Source of the DNA: Candidatus Nomurabacteria bacterium
GTDB lineage: Bacteria > Patescibacteriota > Minisyncoccia > Phycocordibacterales > UBA9973
DNA length: 51,604 nucleotides
Reading direction: 5' to 3'
NCBI GenBank assembly: GCA_023267435.1
Contig: JAHFNH010000005.1
Location: 1-51,604, forward strand
The first letter of the stretch is position 1. Each line of letters begins with the position of its first letter. A program made the translations under genes and the position numbers. The notes under the pieces were generated by a model. The model ran no database searches. It worked only from the letters and a program-made list of their open reading frames with translations, and had not been told where the DNA came from. This document shows, in pieces, positions 50,919-51,604 of this stretch.

Positions 50919-50947
50919 TTGACATAGGATTTTCTTTAGTATAAACT
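50919..50947 (+). promoter_or_regulatory. candidate rRNA promoter TTGACA-N17-TAAACT
   Basis: TTGACA at 50919-50924 and TAAACT at 50942-50947 (or TATAAA with a 15-nt spacer). About 225 nt upstream of the 16S gene. Confidence 0.35.
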
Positions 50948-50992
50948 CCTCTATGCGTCTAATCCTTTTGGATAAGGCGCTTTTATTTAAGA

Positions 50993-51008
50993 ATCTTTGA
51001 CAACTGAA
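50993..51008 (+). promoter_or_regulatory. boxA-like antitermination element in the rRNA leader
   Basis: atctttgacaactgaa resembles Gram-positive boxA (TTCTTTGAAAACTAA-type). Followed by the hairpin cccagct/agctggg. Confidence 0.35.
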
Positions 51009-51170
51009 TAACTTGAGAACCCCAGCTTAGGAGCTGGGAAGCAAGTCTCAATAGTTTATTAAAAGAAAATAATTTCAAGAGCTAGGAATCTAGTTTGAGT
51101 TAGAAAAATAATTTGAAGAACAATGCAAGTTTTACTTAATGCTGTTTTTTGTTTTGTTTCGTTCCTAACT

Positions 51171-51604
<434 letters not shown>

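Overview
AT-rich chromosomal segment that looks like a small-genome Patescibacteria/CPR (Parcubacteria-like) bacterium. This taxon call is an inference from the 16S 5' end, the compact core genes (RpoB 1062 aa, ProRS without an editing domain) and the many secreted or membrane-anchored proteins. Standard genetic code. Layout: (1) 1-23.6 kb is accessory and cell-envelope DNA: a Fic AMPylase with its own operator repeats, a membrane-anchored serpin, peptidoglycan-binding and other secreted proteins, and a 10.2-kb gene for a 3409-aa protein with phage-tail-fibre-like motifs, followed by two small envelope genes with no terminator until 23521. (2) 24-47.4 kb is core DNA: rpoB-rpoC-dnaG-rpoD packed as one unit, a DsbA-like / Cys-rich DUF378 / processive GT2 / thioredoxin-like cluster, tRNA-Thr, tsf-rpsB, proS-mreB-mreC, tgt and uvrB. 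(3) 47.4-51.6 kb holds small ORFs, a DUF192 gene, a 663-aa Fn3/IPT/DUF11 surface protein and the first ~430 nt of a 16S rRNA gene. I saw no CRISPR array, transposase, integrase or reverse transcriptase. Most notable observations: the giant fibre locus; a ~108-nt GC-rich triple-hairpin insertion kept in frame inside uvrB; -10 boxes sitting 6-8 nt upstream of start codons at nine or more genes, implying leaderless mRNAs; three operator-like repeats over the Fic promoter; an exact 18-nt palindromic -35 module present twice; a 117-nt nested inverted repeat between mreC and tgt; and two unannotated small basic ORFs. All domain names come from motif recognition by eye, not from database searches.
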